NCBI GenBank assembly: GCA_052426225.1
Contig: JBNJNM010000006.1
Location: forward strand, 992,001-1,056,000
Source: Zancudomyces culisetae HAW-14-8
Lineage: Eukaryota; Fungi; Kickxellomycota
Length of the DNA stretch: 64,000 nt
Direction of reading: 5' to 3'
Part shown: positions 19,838 through 31,332 of the stretch, in pieces
Layout of the letters: each line of letters begins with the position of its first letter
Numbering within the stretch: position 1 is the stretch's first letter
Notes under the pieces: generated by a model
Told to the model about the DNA's origin: nothing
What the model saw: only the letters and a program-made list of their open reading frames with translations
The model's database searches: none
Program-made: the position numbers and the translations under genes

Positions 19838-20672
19838 GCCGAATTGTAATGCAAATCCGAATAGTGTACAAGAAATTTTGTTGTACACTCATTGCGGAAT
19901 GCCAATTTTTATAATTTTTATTGTCGTTGAAATTTTTGTTCAAATTAATTTCGACTCAGCATGAAATAAATTCTACATGCTGAGTCCATTCAATAATGAT
20001 GATTCTAGTACGAAATATGTTTTCATACTGAACATCAAATAATTTTAATGATTATGTGTTCCCACACATAATCTTAATTGCACGTATGCTGCAATTATGA
20101 AACAAAACTATTAGTATACTTAACAGCAAAATAATAGTGTATAGTTAATTTATTATATTGAAAAACGAGGTTAACATTTAAGTTTTTAATCATATATATA
20201 ATTGATAGAGTAGTCTATTAGGTAACTTTATCCATGTCCTACTTTACGGATTAAATAGTATAGTTAATAAACTCAATAAAACAAACTTTGAAAGTATATA
20301 CATATAATAAATAACCAAACATCATGAACTATTTCTTTTATACCAAGAGTAAATCCAAGAGGGATTCAGAAACTAGCTCCAGCCTGAGCACGGCTAGTAG
20401 CATGGACCAAGAGACTGGGGTTTTAAGTCCTCGGACTCTTGGGGAGTTGACAGAAAGTGTCCGTCAACTCCAAATCCGTAGGAGCCCAGAACCAATGTCC
20501 GTGAGCAGTATCTCACCGACATTGTATAGGGGAAACAGCTCACCCGAGCACCCTATTATGCACATCACACTACGGGGTAGTGGTGCATCTTCATCAAGTG
20601 GTCATACCCGAACTGGTATGACACATGATGAACTTAATAATCATGGTTACACGAATTATGATTATTACGACA
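19827..20672 (+). repeat. LTR3, 3' LTR of D (846 bp)
   Basis: Third copy, followed by ACAA and the tRNA instead of a PBS. Confidence 0.96.
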
Positions 20673-20676
20673 ACAA

Positions 20677-20749
20677 GGTCCTGTGGCCCAATGGATAAGG
20701 CGCTTGACTACGAATCAAGAGATTCCAGGTTCGAGTCCTGGCTGGATCA
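20677..20749 (+). tRNA. tRNA-Arg (anticodon ACG), intronless
   Basis: Acceptor GGTCCTG/CTGGATC (one U-U mismatch), A-box TGGCCCAATGG, anticodon arm CTTGA-CTACGAA-TCAAG, T arm CCAGG-TTCGAGT-CCTGG. Confidence 0.97.
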
Positions 20750-20752
20750 AAA

Positions 20753-20757
20753 TTTTT
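20753..20757 (+). terminator. RNA polymerase III oligo-T terminator
   Basis: TTTTT 3 nt after the tRNA, followed by a second T-run. Confidence 0.75.
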
Positions 20758-23700
20758 CATTTTACTCAGTTCAGCTTTCAATAGTATTTGAGTTGTGCGG
20801 TGTCATTGGGCACAGGGGTATTGTAATATATTGTAGATATCATTAGTAATCTGTTATATTTTTTCAGCTAATGTGATTGCTGAGTTTGGTATAGCTCTGA
20901 TTATGTCAGTTATACTCTTGGTCTCGGATCACTTATTGGTTATGATGGCCGTATTGTAATGTTTAATATATATTTTTATTATTATTATAAGAATTTTAAA
21001 ACGCTAAGTAAACTATATTGTATCAAGTGCTAACCGTTATTAATATTTATGTATACGTATTTGTAAAGTATATTCTGTTAATAAAGGCTAAAAATGCTAT
21101 TTTCGTTGTCCACGCTCGTTATTTTCCCTGATCGTACTGACATTTCTACTAGGATATTATTGTTGTAATATTATTGATCTCGCTATGAATTCATTGGTGA
21201 TTATCTTCGCTAAGGAATCGCAATTGATTCGCTAGCAAAAAGTATGTAGGCGTTATACTACTGTATCACTTTGTTTTTCTTATTTTCATTTTCATTTACA
21301 CTTTTAGATAATTTAATGTGCCCTACTTTATCACATAATTTTTAATAAATCACGCAATCACCAGGATAGTAACTGTACTTATACTGTTATATAATTTTTA
21401 AAGCCAGTCTTTATCAGTTATACTATACTTGTTTTTTTTTATTTAGTACTAATATATTATCAAACATATTTTGTCTATATGTTACTTTATAAAAATATTT
21501 AGAGGAAGGGTACAAGCATTCTAATACTGAGATGACAATTATTCTTTAATTATAGGACATTTTACATATAGAGTCGGTACAAATATATTTATAGTGTTTA
21601 TAGCTCTTAACGATCTTATATATAGTTTATACTTCATATCTGAATTAGAAGTAGTGAAGTGATCCAAGACCTGGGAATATCTGTCATAACCCGTGTTATA
21701 ATTTACTCAGTCATCACATCTGCTGAAAAATAACTCGGATTTTTATTAACATCTACTATATATTACAATTATTATGTATTTATTAGATATTTCTTCAATA
21801 TATTTAATTTTATATTTATTTCAATTTAGAAATTTTTCATAATTAAAATATTGTAGTTGTTAAATCTGTATTTAATTCAAAATTCGAACCAGTTGTTTTA
21901 CCACCATGTGAATGTTAGTTGATCCCAAAATACTTGTTTTATTTTATCCATTATTAAAGAAGGCTTTAAATTTAAAAGACGATGTACAACAACATACAAA
22001 TTAGTGCATACAATGCATAATTTAAAGGTCTATTATTATAAGCATAGTAAATACTGTGTATTTCGTATCTATATTTATATATATACTTATCATCTGTATA
22101 CATATTTTTCATTTTAAATATCCTATGTGACCATTTAATTATTTCACATTTGTAGTTGTAATTGCTTTTTCTCGTACTTTTCACTAGTTATTATACACTT
22201 TTGGCAGTCTAATCTATGATAAGTATTATAAGAATTGGGAAACTTTTTTTTTTTTATTACTTATTCATTTTCAGCTAACATTTTATATTTTAACAGTAGT
22301 AATTGTACGATATTATTGTTTGTAATTTAACTAGCTATCTCATCTATTAACTTATAAAAACCGACTTGATGTTAATATCTATCTCTTAATTCATTTAATG
22401 AATCTAAACGATATTTTATCACCTTAATTCTCAATTAAATCAATATATTTAATTTATAAAAGTTTAAGTACTTTCAACCACTCTTAATAGTTTCCTAATT
22501 AACCATAAAAGTGGAGTTGCAAATAACCAAACGATTATATTTAAAATATTATTTTAACTGATGATAATTGTAATGTAATGTATTTGTATTTATTTTCACT
22601 TTCTTCACCCCATAAATTCAATTATAGTTTTATATTTTAGAATTTAATAGAGTGTAAGCTTTGTTCTTGTTTGTACTCATATTTTATTAATACTACTTAA
22701 CTATGTGTATGATTGATTCATTTTAAATGGGAGTTAGTCATTACAATCGATTTAATATTTCTAATTAAATTTCTTTATTATACCATTAATATATTATCAT
22801 ACAAATATTTAATAATATCTTATTACAGAGACAGTGACTGTAATAGAAAATACAATATTAATATATTTAGATCTCAATAGAATTTAAATAAAGCCTTCTA
22901 TAAATGGGGGTTAAAACTAAGTATAAAACATGATATTAACACAAGTCACACTCGATTTTTATAATTAAGGATATTCAGATCAAACAACTATCATAGGTCA
23001 TACTAGTTTACTAATTATGTACACACTATATTAGAAATTTCAGAATGTAGAATGGAAAGTTTTTTATTTAGAACAAAGTGCGAAAGGGAAATTAATATTC
23101 GTAATTTGTCGTATACTTCGTATTTACTGTAATATTATTAAAAATGTGGTTAAAAAATACTAACAAGAAAATAGATAGATTCATTATAATCGCCGGAATA
23201 TTGCTGCAGTTTCACCCAGTTCAAACTCTATCATTATCTTGATTAAAATATGTTTGATTTGGATTGCCAAATATATATACCTATATGTTATTTTTATTGA
23301 GATAAATGTTATTGATCTTTATAACAGTTGGTAAACAAGTGACATGAAACTGTGTTTAGGCATTTATTACAATCTTATACACTATTATTAATGTTATCTA
23401 GATATAAAAAGTATTCTTATACCCTTTTATCAACATCTCATTTACATAAAACGTTCTTGTAATTTTTGTATTTTTTTACCCATCACATTTTTAAAATAAT
23501 TTATTATTATAAAGAAACTAAAATATATTGTAGTCAATTTTGTTACTGTGTTCAACTGACTTATCAAATAATTTAGGTATTACTTTACATCAATAAAAAT
23601 ATATATATTATTCCGAGTTTTAATAGATTTTTCTTAATCATACTACTATTTAATGTTATATTATCTTTATTTATTATTTATTCTAATAATATTAGTATTA

Positions 23701-23887
23701 CATTTCGGTCAAGCAATTGAGCATATTAAATCTATTCAGTTATAATTTAAATTAATCTAAACACCATCCAATCAAATTACTTTTGAATTTTTTGGTAGTA
23801 TTTGCGGCTCCTCCAAAAAAAGATTTTTCAGTTTATTCCATGCACTTTAGAAGTATAGGGTAATTCTAATTTTTGATTAAAGTCAAA

Positions 23888-24421
23888 ATGTGTAAACATA
23901 TTCTGAATGCACAGGTAATTTTGTCAAACCATTCACATTATTATCTAAATATATAAACATACTAAATGGTTATTACGGAAAAATAGGTTTCGATAAGAGC
24001 CGCCTGCTGTAAAAAATGGTTCGATTGTCCCGAATGTCATGCTGAAGTTTCTGATCATCCCATAAAAAAGACTGTGGAGATGGTTTTTGCATGCAAAAAA
24101 TGTAAAAAAGCATTCCGAAAAAATACAGAGTGAGTGAAGTTAGTTAAACTTTAACTTTTTATGAGTAGATTTTATGCAAATTTTAGATACAAAGGCTAAC
24201 ATAAATGTACATTGAAACTAAGGGATATGGATGAGGCAGATGAATACTGCCCACACTGCGATAATCACTATGTTATTGAGGCAAAAACACCAAGCTTTGG
24301 TATAGGCGTGGAAGGTGATGATGTCAGAATCCAAAGCGGGATGCTTAAGGACGAGCGTGTAAAAAATAGCCTTCAACGATCTATATTTTCTCAAAATGAT
24401 TTGGATCACAGGTTAGGTTAA
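23888..24421 (+). CDS. Small CHY-type zinc finger protein; exons 23888-23914, 23987-24129, 24223-24421
   Basis: Spliced product MCKHILNAQVSIRAACCKKWFDCPECHAE...FACKKCKKAF...EYCPHCDNHY; GT-AG introns in the correct phase with CTAA branch points. Confidence 0.88.
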
Positions 24422-24669
24422 CCTGACTAGCCATAAATATCAATTTGGTCACATGTTCTTTATGCCAAATACATAACCTAACTTTTGGCGCGCCATTTTG
24501 CATATTTTTTCTTTTTTTTATGAACTGTTTACCTTAGATTTGTTTATGAGACCTGATTTCCAGAATAGATCCTTATTCTTAGGTTAATAATATATTCATT
24601 TATACCCCGAAATTTTTATTTTCATACACAAATTAAATCAATCTAACCAAATCCTACTAGATCTCATTC

Positions 24670-25062
24670 TTAAAAGCTTGACCTGTGGAAAGCGTTTCCC
24701 GGATATTCTATTCTAAATCTGTTTATCCTGTCATTCTCCAATCTTGATTTCTCAATTTTCTTTAATTCCTCAGTGTCTGTTCTGATCACACTTCCAATCG
24801 ACATGAAGAAACCAAACATAGCGCCTGAGCTTAGAGCATACTGCCCAATTGTTGCCAAATATCCTCTAGGGCCTGGACCAACTCTAATTAAAATTATGTT
24901 TTTTGAGTTAGAATCAAAATTAGTTATCAACCTAAATTTAAAAAAATAAAAAACTAACCTCATTGTGGTAACAAAGCCGATCATTGTTCCGAGACAGGCT
25001 CCAACCATAGAACCCATCATAAAGCCCATTTTCATTTTATCGAATACAGTTGGTTCGTGCAT
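24670..25062 (-). CDS. MGR2: Mgr2/Romo1 family TIM23 subunit; intron 24884-24958
   Basis: FDKMKMGFMMGSMVG...GPGPRGYLATIGQYALSSGAMFGFFMSIGSVIR is the Romo1/Mgr2 signature. Confidence 0.9.
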   Translation of the reverse strand: MHEPTVFDKMKMGFMMGSMVGACLGTMIGFVTTMRLVFYFFKFRLITNFDSNSKNIILIRVGPGPRGYLATIGQYALSSGAMFGFFMSIGSVIRTDTEELKKIEKSRLENDRINRFRIEYPGNAFHRSSF

Positions 25063-25363
25063 TGTGTTTACAATTCTCCTAGTAATTAAAATAATAGATT
25101 GATTACTTTATTTCAAAGCGGGTTGATAAGTATTTTGTAAATTATAATTAGAGATAAATATATTTGATCAACCAGAATTTATGCAAATATTTCCTAATTT
25201 TTGCATTAACAATTGGATGAATATTTAGAAGCTAAACCAAGAAATTTTAATGCGAATGTAATTTTTTTTTCTAATTCATGGACTTGTGAGTTTAAAAGTT
25301 AACGTAATCGGTTTAGTTTGGTAATAGCTAATATTGTAAATAACAGAATAAGTATATAAAAAA

Positions 25364-26395
25364 ATGGATGGTAGTGATAATTTCGCTGAAAGGCCATTAT
25401 TATTGAAGGAGATATGCTCAGATTTTGATGCAACTGACGAACCTGATTCAAAAAAATTAACAAAATCGATAAAGTTATTTAGGTTTTCGTCTAACGATGG
25501 CAAGTGTAAAATTGTAGAAAATCCTCGAGAGGTTGATTTATCATATGGCAAGAAAATAGAAGAAGCTAGAGATGTGACGTTAGAATTGAAAGCGAAGGAC
25601 AGAAGGATACTGTTTTTTGGCGATATTCATGGTTGTATCAACGAATTCAATCGAATGTTAGAAATGCTTGAATTTAACAAAAGCAAAGATCTGGTGGTGT
25701 TACTAGGCGATCTTGTTGGCAAGGGGCCTTCTTCATTGGAAGTCATAGATCGTGCTATTGAGATAGGAGCAATAGCTGTGCGAGGCAATCATGACGATTT
25801 GGTTTTAAGATGGAGAAACTACTTGGACAAGCATGAAGGAGAGGCGGTCATGGGAACTGATGGTTTTCCCTATTCTGACTTTAGGGTTAATGGAGAGCAC
25901 ATAAACATTGCACGTATGATGGATGAAATACACTATCAGTACCTTTTATCGCTGCCTGTAATACTAAAAATCAAAACCAGTAGAAACGTAATTATAGGGG
26001 TGCATGCAGGCTTGGATCCCAGTAAATCTTTGTTTAAACAGGACTGTAGTGTAATTATGCGAATGAGAAATATACTGGATGGGGGTAATCCGGTCAGCAA
26101 AAAATCTCTTGGTGGAGCACCTTGGTATGATGTTTGGAATAAGGCTGCATTATTAACGGTAGACCACAGCAACTCAGAGGGAAAGGTTGTAGAGGAGGGT
26201 TATGCAGAAGATTTGCTCCCTTGTGATATAGATTTAATAGTATATGGCCATGATGCTGGACGAGAGCTGCAGATTCACGAACGCACACTTGGATTGGACT
26301 CGGGTGCTGTATATGGAAAATACTTGAGTGCGTATGTTTATCCGGATAACAGCATCATTCAGCTCAGCTCAAACAAGTATTCAGAAATAATATAA
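25364..26395 (+). CDS. Calcineurin-like metallophosphoesterase, Ppn2/ApaH-like
   Basis: Motifs GDIHG, GDLVGKG, RGNHD, VHAG, YGHDA, GLDSGAVYG. Confidence 0.88.
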   Translation: MDGSDNFAERPLLLKEICSDFDATDEPDSKKLTKSIKLFRFSSNDGKCKIVENPREVDLSYGKKIEEARDVTLELKAKDRRILFFGDIHGCINEFNRMLEMLEFNKSKDLVVLLGDLVGKGPSSLEVIDRAIEIGAIAVRGNHDDLVLRWRNYLDKHEGEAVMGTDGFPYSDFRVNGEHINIARMMDEIHYQYLLSLPVILKIKTSRNVIIGVHAGLDPSKSLFKQDCSVIMRMRNILDGGNPVSKKSLGGAPWYDVWNKAALLTVDHSNSEGKVVEEGYAEDLLPCDIDLIVYGHDAGRELQIHERTLGLDSGAVYGKYLSAYVYPDNSIIQLSSNKYSEII

Positions 26396-28365
26396 ATAAT
26401 TGTTTTTTGATAAAGGGATTTACTATTTGTATGTTGAATCATAATCTTAATTAGACACCTAAGCTACTAAGGGAACTAAAAAAACATATTTTAACATTTT
26501 TGAGTTACTGTATTTATGGAAAATTATATAGAATACTATAGTATGCGATAGATGTAATCGGGATCAGAAAGTAGAATGGTTTTCTTAAAGTATGGGCCTA
26601 TTAAAAAAATATGTATCTCAGTTTCTCTAAGCTGTTATCATGAAGTTATACTTGCTGCAAATTAAAGGTAGTGTTTGAAGAATATGTGAATACACATAGC
26701 TCTGATCAAGAGTATGCTAACTCTCAGACTGCATGTTTTTAATACAAATCATGTATTGCGTTTTATGTCTAGAATGCTTCTCAAACACATTAATACTTTA
26801 TAAATATTAGGCCAGGTTGATACTGAATAACTAAATGCCTTTAAGCATCGTAGTTCCCGATATTCTCATCTCAGAATTTATCACACACTGGCCTAATACT
26901 TGTTAATTCAGACAACCCCTAATAAGTTATCACTGGGATTTTAGTTGGTTACAATTTGCACATCTTACCCAAACATAATCTGACCAATTAGAGCAATGAA
27001 AATGTGTTGTTGAATGTGTAAATCAGCCTCAATTACAACACAAAAATGACTTTTCTTTTTCTTTGATTTGTGCTTGTGATGAATCTGAAATGATGAGCAA
27101 AATGACATGGTTGGGTGGGCAGGTGAGCGGTAGAGTTTGGGATGATAAATATACCAAATAATATCGCCAAGCTTTGCATATGGTTGAAAATACCAGTGCA
27201 ATATTCACAGTATTTGTCATGCAATAATTCCTAAATTGTTATTTTCTTTTAATCTGTTATTTCAAATAAAAAGCGAGTGAAATTCGGGAGTTGTCGATTG
27301 AAGATAAAGGGTTTTGTGGTTCTATTCGTGTTGTCGCTCTCTGTCAAACTCTTTGTATCCACTAGAGTTGGTTACAATAATTCGTTTGCTAGATTTTTAT
27401 TTGACCAAGCTCAGCAAAGAATAGAAACAAAATAGAAATCGATTTGAACGTGAAGTAAAAAGGAATTCAAATAATAATGCGGCAAAGAGCTGGATTACCA
27501 TTGTACGAGATTTATCAAATAAATACTAATCTGTACCCAGTTGGACCACTCATATCTTGTGGCAAATTGCTGTTATTTGTACACATTGATGTCCCAGCAC
27601 TGAAGGAGTGAGTGTCTGGGTGGAATGGAGATTGAAAGTTATAGCTAGCCCAGTCGATTTAATGTTGTTGTTTACGGTATTTATTATGTAAAGATATTGA
27701 ATTTTTGCTGATAAAAAAACAACTGAACATCTTCATTTAATTACCTATTGTGCGACTTTTTGTTGAATTTTGGTAGGAAGAAGGGGAGATGCTGGGAAGG
27801 CTTGCATCCTTTTTATTCGCCAGTGATGGTTTAAGTTTGATGAAGCATTATGTAACTTGGATATATTCCTTTAAAGTATATTTAGCCATTGTTGGGTATC
27901 TCTGAATGTTAATAATAAAATTTTTGTTAGACTTATTGTATAGAATTAGTGTTATAAATTATAGGCATAGATATAGACATAGACAAAATATACTCACTCG
28001 AGTAATGAATCCCACTAGATTTATAATTGTTGTAGAGACATAATACGCCGCCGATATAATATAGCTCAAAAGGTGAACTAAATATAGTTATAAATATAGT
28101 AACAATTTGTGGTCTCTAACAGAAAAAAGCCCGTATTAATAAGCAAATAAACCGGATCCAGATAGTTAATAGAGTAAAACACTCACAAAATAAGAAATAT
28201 TGTTGACGTGTACATTAAAACATAACGTAAACGGGTAAAGCAGGTATTTTGATACAGGATATACACAAAATTTAATAAAAGATAATAGAACAAAGCCAGT
28301 GTGGAAGCTAGATACGAATAAACCATCCACATAATTATAAAAAGAAAAAAAATAAAGGAATAGAA

Positions 28366-31332
28366 ATGAGTACAAGTGTTACTATTAACTTTACTTCTTC
28401 ACTGACAATTAATGAACGCAGTGCAACCGGTACGACAGAACATGCAACTGAAACCCTTGATGATGCGGTGCCGTTAAATAGTAGGCGACAAATATCTGAT
28501 AGTGCGTTAGTAAACACAATTTTATTATACTTTGTGATATGGGTAGTGCTATTTATTACTTTTTGTGTAATACGACCGCTTTTAAAGCGAGTTTACGCAG
28601 CGCGGACATATGCAGTCGAAGAAAAGGACCGAGTAACGCCGCTGACCAAGGGGTTTTTCAGCTGGATTCCAACAGTGTTCCGAATCAAGGATGTAGATAT
28701 TTTGGAGAATTCAAACCTAGATACATACATGATAATGCGAACGCTGCGGACAATGCTCAAGTTTTTTTGTATTACTACAATAATATCGATGGTTGCGATT
28801 CTTCCAACAAACTATTTTGGGGGAGCGCTCAAGGTTTCTGACAGCGGAGGTCTATCAAGTATTCTTACTAACAATGGCACTAGTATTGGAAACGTGAAGC
28901 ATGCAGACGAACCAGATCTGATATCCCCTTCTTCAGGATCACCATCAATCTTTATGATGTTTACCATGTCGAATATTAGTTATGCTAGCAATTTGCTTTG
29001 GGTGCATTTGGTGTATTTTATGACAGTTATTGGGGTGATTTTGTACTTTTTGGTTCGTGAGGCAAATTTGTACATCAAGCTACGACACAAATATTTGCTA
29101 GAGCTTAATGTAAATGAGAGGGTTAAATCGAGAACGTTGTTAATTACAGGGCTTGGAAAAGGGAAGGAGATATCAAATCAGGATATAGAGAAAATGTTTA
29201 GTACTAAGCTTGGGGATGCCACTAGTGGGGTCAGTGAAAGTGGGCCAGGTGAAGCAAGCTTTGAGGGTAGCATTCGTACCAAGAACGGGGGAAATTATTA
29301 TAACAGAATCATTAATAATGGGAACAAACTTCCAGGCAGGATCGAGGCGATTAGTATTATTAGAAATCCAGGTGAACTTACCAAATTAGTCAGTAAACGA
29401 GATCAGATTCTAAGTAAAATAGAAGACAAACTTACAGACTATGTGGTAAAATGTAAAAAGCGGTACGACAAAATAGTAAAAAAAACAAAAGGGTCGTTCG
29501 AAAGTAGTGTTATAGAAATAGAAAAATTAAAAAAGAGTATAAAAGAAGGAGAGAAGGACAAAAAGATTGCTGAGTATTTAGAAAAGCAAGCAAACATATT
29601 GCTGGAAAAAAACAAACTAATAGAGTCGTGCATACATAACAACGACAACAACATTGGAGTTAGCTACATGCAGTCGGCATTTGTATTATTTTCGGAGCCA
29701 ATGGCAACACATATGGCAGCACAGGTGATGATTTCCGATCGGCCATTTGTGGCACGCAAAAAATACATTGAAAACGAAGCAAATGATATATTTTACGAAA
29801 ACCTGGATATTGGACCGATTCAAAAGGCATTCAAAGGAGTTATATCTGCACTGATTACAGCAGTGATAGTAGTGACATGGGGATCGTTTTCAGTCGCTAT
29901 AAGTGGATTGGCAAATATTGATGAAATAGTCAACCTGTTTCGCCGGCTTGATCCAAATTACGAAAACACGCCACATGAACCAATAGAATTTCCGCTAAAA
30001 GACACGCTGCAAGGAGCAATTACACCAATGCTGTTGACAATTCTGGTGGTTTGCTTACCGCCCTTCCTGAGGATGCTGGTGTGGCTAGAAGGTTACCACC
30101 GGAAAACAGAAGCAAATATGACAGTATCTATGCGGTTCTTTTGGTTTCTATCGCTAACGATTTTTATCTTACCGCTGGTATCCAATACACTTCCAGATTT
30201 GCTTAACAAGTTAAGTGAGTTTTACGAAGACCCAAAGTCGCTGTTCGCCACAATCAACTCATTTACGCTGTCCGCAAGCAATTTTTTCCTTTACTACCTG
30301 ATTTTGCGAGTGTTTCTAACAGCTATGCTAAACCTGTTGTTGCCCGGGAGTCTGTACTTCCGCGTGATTGAACCTAAACTGTTCGCCAGCAGCCCACGCA
30401 TCCTTAGACGGTACGAAGAGCCTAACGGCTTTGATTGGGCCGCCTCAATTCCATACCACTTCCTGCTGTTTCTGATTGGCATAACATACTCAGCCATCAA
30501 TCCGTTTATCAACATTCCATGTGCCATGTATTTCGCCATGTACTACTTTGTTTACCGCCACCACTTCACCTATGTCTATGACTGCCGCCAGTTTAACCTT
30601 GGCGGCAAATCCTTCCACTTATCACTCAGACAGACGTTTGGTGCATTGTACATGGCAGAAGTTATTTGGTTAATCATGATGATTGTCAACATCAAAAATG
30701 CCAATCTAGCTATTTTGCGCGTCGTTCTGGCTGCTCTAACCATCATTGCCACCAGCGTTGTCCAGCACTACATCGAATCCTACCTTGTACCTCTATTCAC
30801 CTACCTACCACTAAACGCTTGCGAATTTATTGCTTCGTGTTTGTGTGGCGAATCGCCCTGCATCTGTTCCGGACACCTCTCCATTTCTATTAATTCACCT
30901 CCTGCTGACACGTATCTCCAGAAGTTTGACACTCCTTCTCCCTCCCTCTCCCCACAAGGCCCTCCTGAAATCAAAGTTCTGCCTCCAACTGAGCCTAATT
31001 CTCCCCTTTTTTATACTCCTGTTACTTCTGCCTCTCCTCCTGCTGATTCCCCTTCCTCTGCTTCCAACCCTTCTTTATCCGCTGCCAATGATCTATCTAC
31101 AACATTTGCAACCTCATTCAAGCACCCTGCTCTCAAAGCATCCTACTTCTCCTTCATTATGGTCCCCGCTGACCAAACTGGTTTTTGTGACCATATCTTC
31201 CAAAAACTAAACCACCTTGGTCAGCATGACGACAAGACATATTTCGAGGTCACAACTACCGGCTCGATCGTCAGCACCAGGTATAAAGTCAAACTTGATT
31301 TCAATATTCCTGAGCCTCAGCCCCCTGTTTAA
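28366..31332 (+). CDS. OSCA/TMEM63/CSC1 (DUF221, Rsn1-like) mechanosensitive cation channel
   Basis: VYAART, FFSWI, LDTYM..R.L, LWVH, SRTLLI, SAFVLF, DIFYENL, multiple TM helices, GITYSAINP, YRHHFTYVY...GG. Confidence 0.92.
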   Translation: MSTSVTINFTSSLTINERSATGTTEHATETLDDAVPLNSRRQISDSALVNTILLYFVIWVVLFITFCVIRPLLKRVYAARTYAVEEKDRVTPLTKGFFSWIPTVFRIKDVDILENSNLDTYMIMRTLRTMLKFFCITTIISMVAILPTNYFGGALKVSDSGGLSSILTNNGTSIGNVKHADEPDLISPSSGSPSIFMMFTMSNISYASNLLWVHLVYFMTVIGVILYFLVREANLYIKLRHKYLLELNVNERVKSRTLLITGLGKGKEISNQDIEKMFSTKLGDATSGVSESGPGEASFEGSIRTKNGGNYYNRIINNGNKLPGRIEAISIIRNPGELTKLVSKRDQILSKIEDKLTDYVVKCKKRYDKIVKKTKGSFESSVIEIEKLKKSIKEGEKDKKIAEYLEKQANILLEKNKLIESCIHNNDNNIGVSYMQSAFVLFSEPMATHMAAQVMISDRPFVARKKYIENEANDIFYENLDIGPIQKAFKGVISALITAVIVVTWGSFSVAISGLANIDEIVNLFRRLDPNYENTPHEPIEFPLKDTLQGAITPMLLTILVVCLPPFLRMLVWLEGYHRKTEANMTVSMRFFWFLSLTIFILPLVSNTLPDLLNKLSEFYEDPKSLFATINSFTLSASNFFLYYLILRVFLTAMLNLLLPGSLYFRVIEPKLFASSPRILRRYEEPNGFDWAASIPYHFLLFLIGITYSAINPFINIPCAMYFAMYYFVYRHHFTYVYDCRQFNLGGKSFHLSLRQTFGALYMAEVIWLIMMIVNIKNANLAILRVVLAALTIIATSVVQHYIESYLVPLFTYLPLNACEFIASCLCGESPCICSGHLSISINSPPADTYLQKFDTPSPSLSPQGPPEIKVLPPTEPNSPLFYTPVTSASPPADSPSSASNPSLSAANDLSTTFATSFKHPALKASYFSFIMVPADQTGFCDHIFQKLNHLGQHDDKTYFEVTTTGSIVSTRYKVKLDFNIPEPQPPV

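Larger units (their letters stand above)
14451..20672 (+). mobile_element. Full-length Ty3/gypsy LTR retrotransposon, family C, copy 2 (D)
   Basis: 5,376-bp tandem repeat of C. The whole tandem is flanked by one ACAA TSD (9071-9074 / 20673-20676). Confidence 0.95.

Noticed and set aside
80-19964. Many short ORFs antisense to or in alternate frames of gag-pol
   Set aside because: Shadows of the A-rich retrotransposon coding strand; no independent motifs.
20677-20749. Adjacent tRNA-Arg as the reverse-transcription primer
   Set aside because: Its 3' end (CTGGATCA-CCA) is not complementary to the PBS.
20760-23880. 3-kb very AT-rich stretch as a centromere or hidden gene
   Set aside because: No repeats, motifs or credible exons visible; nothing supportable beyond intergenic DNA.
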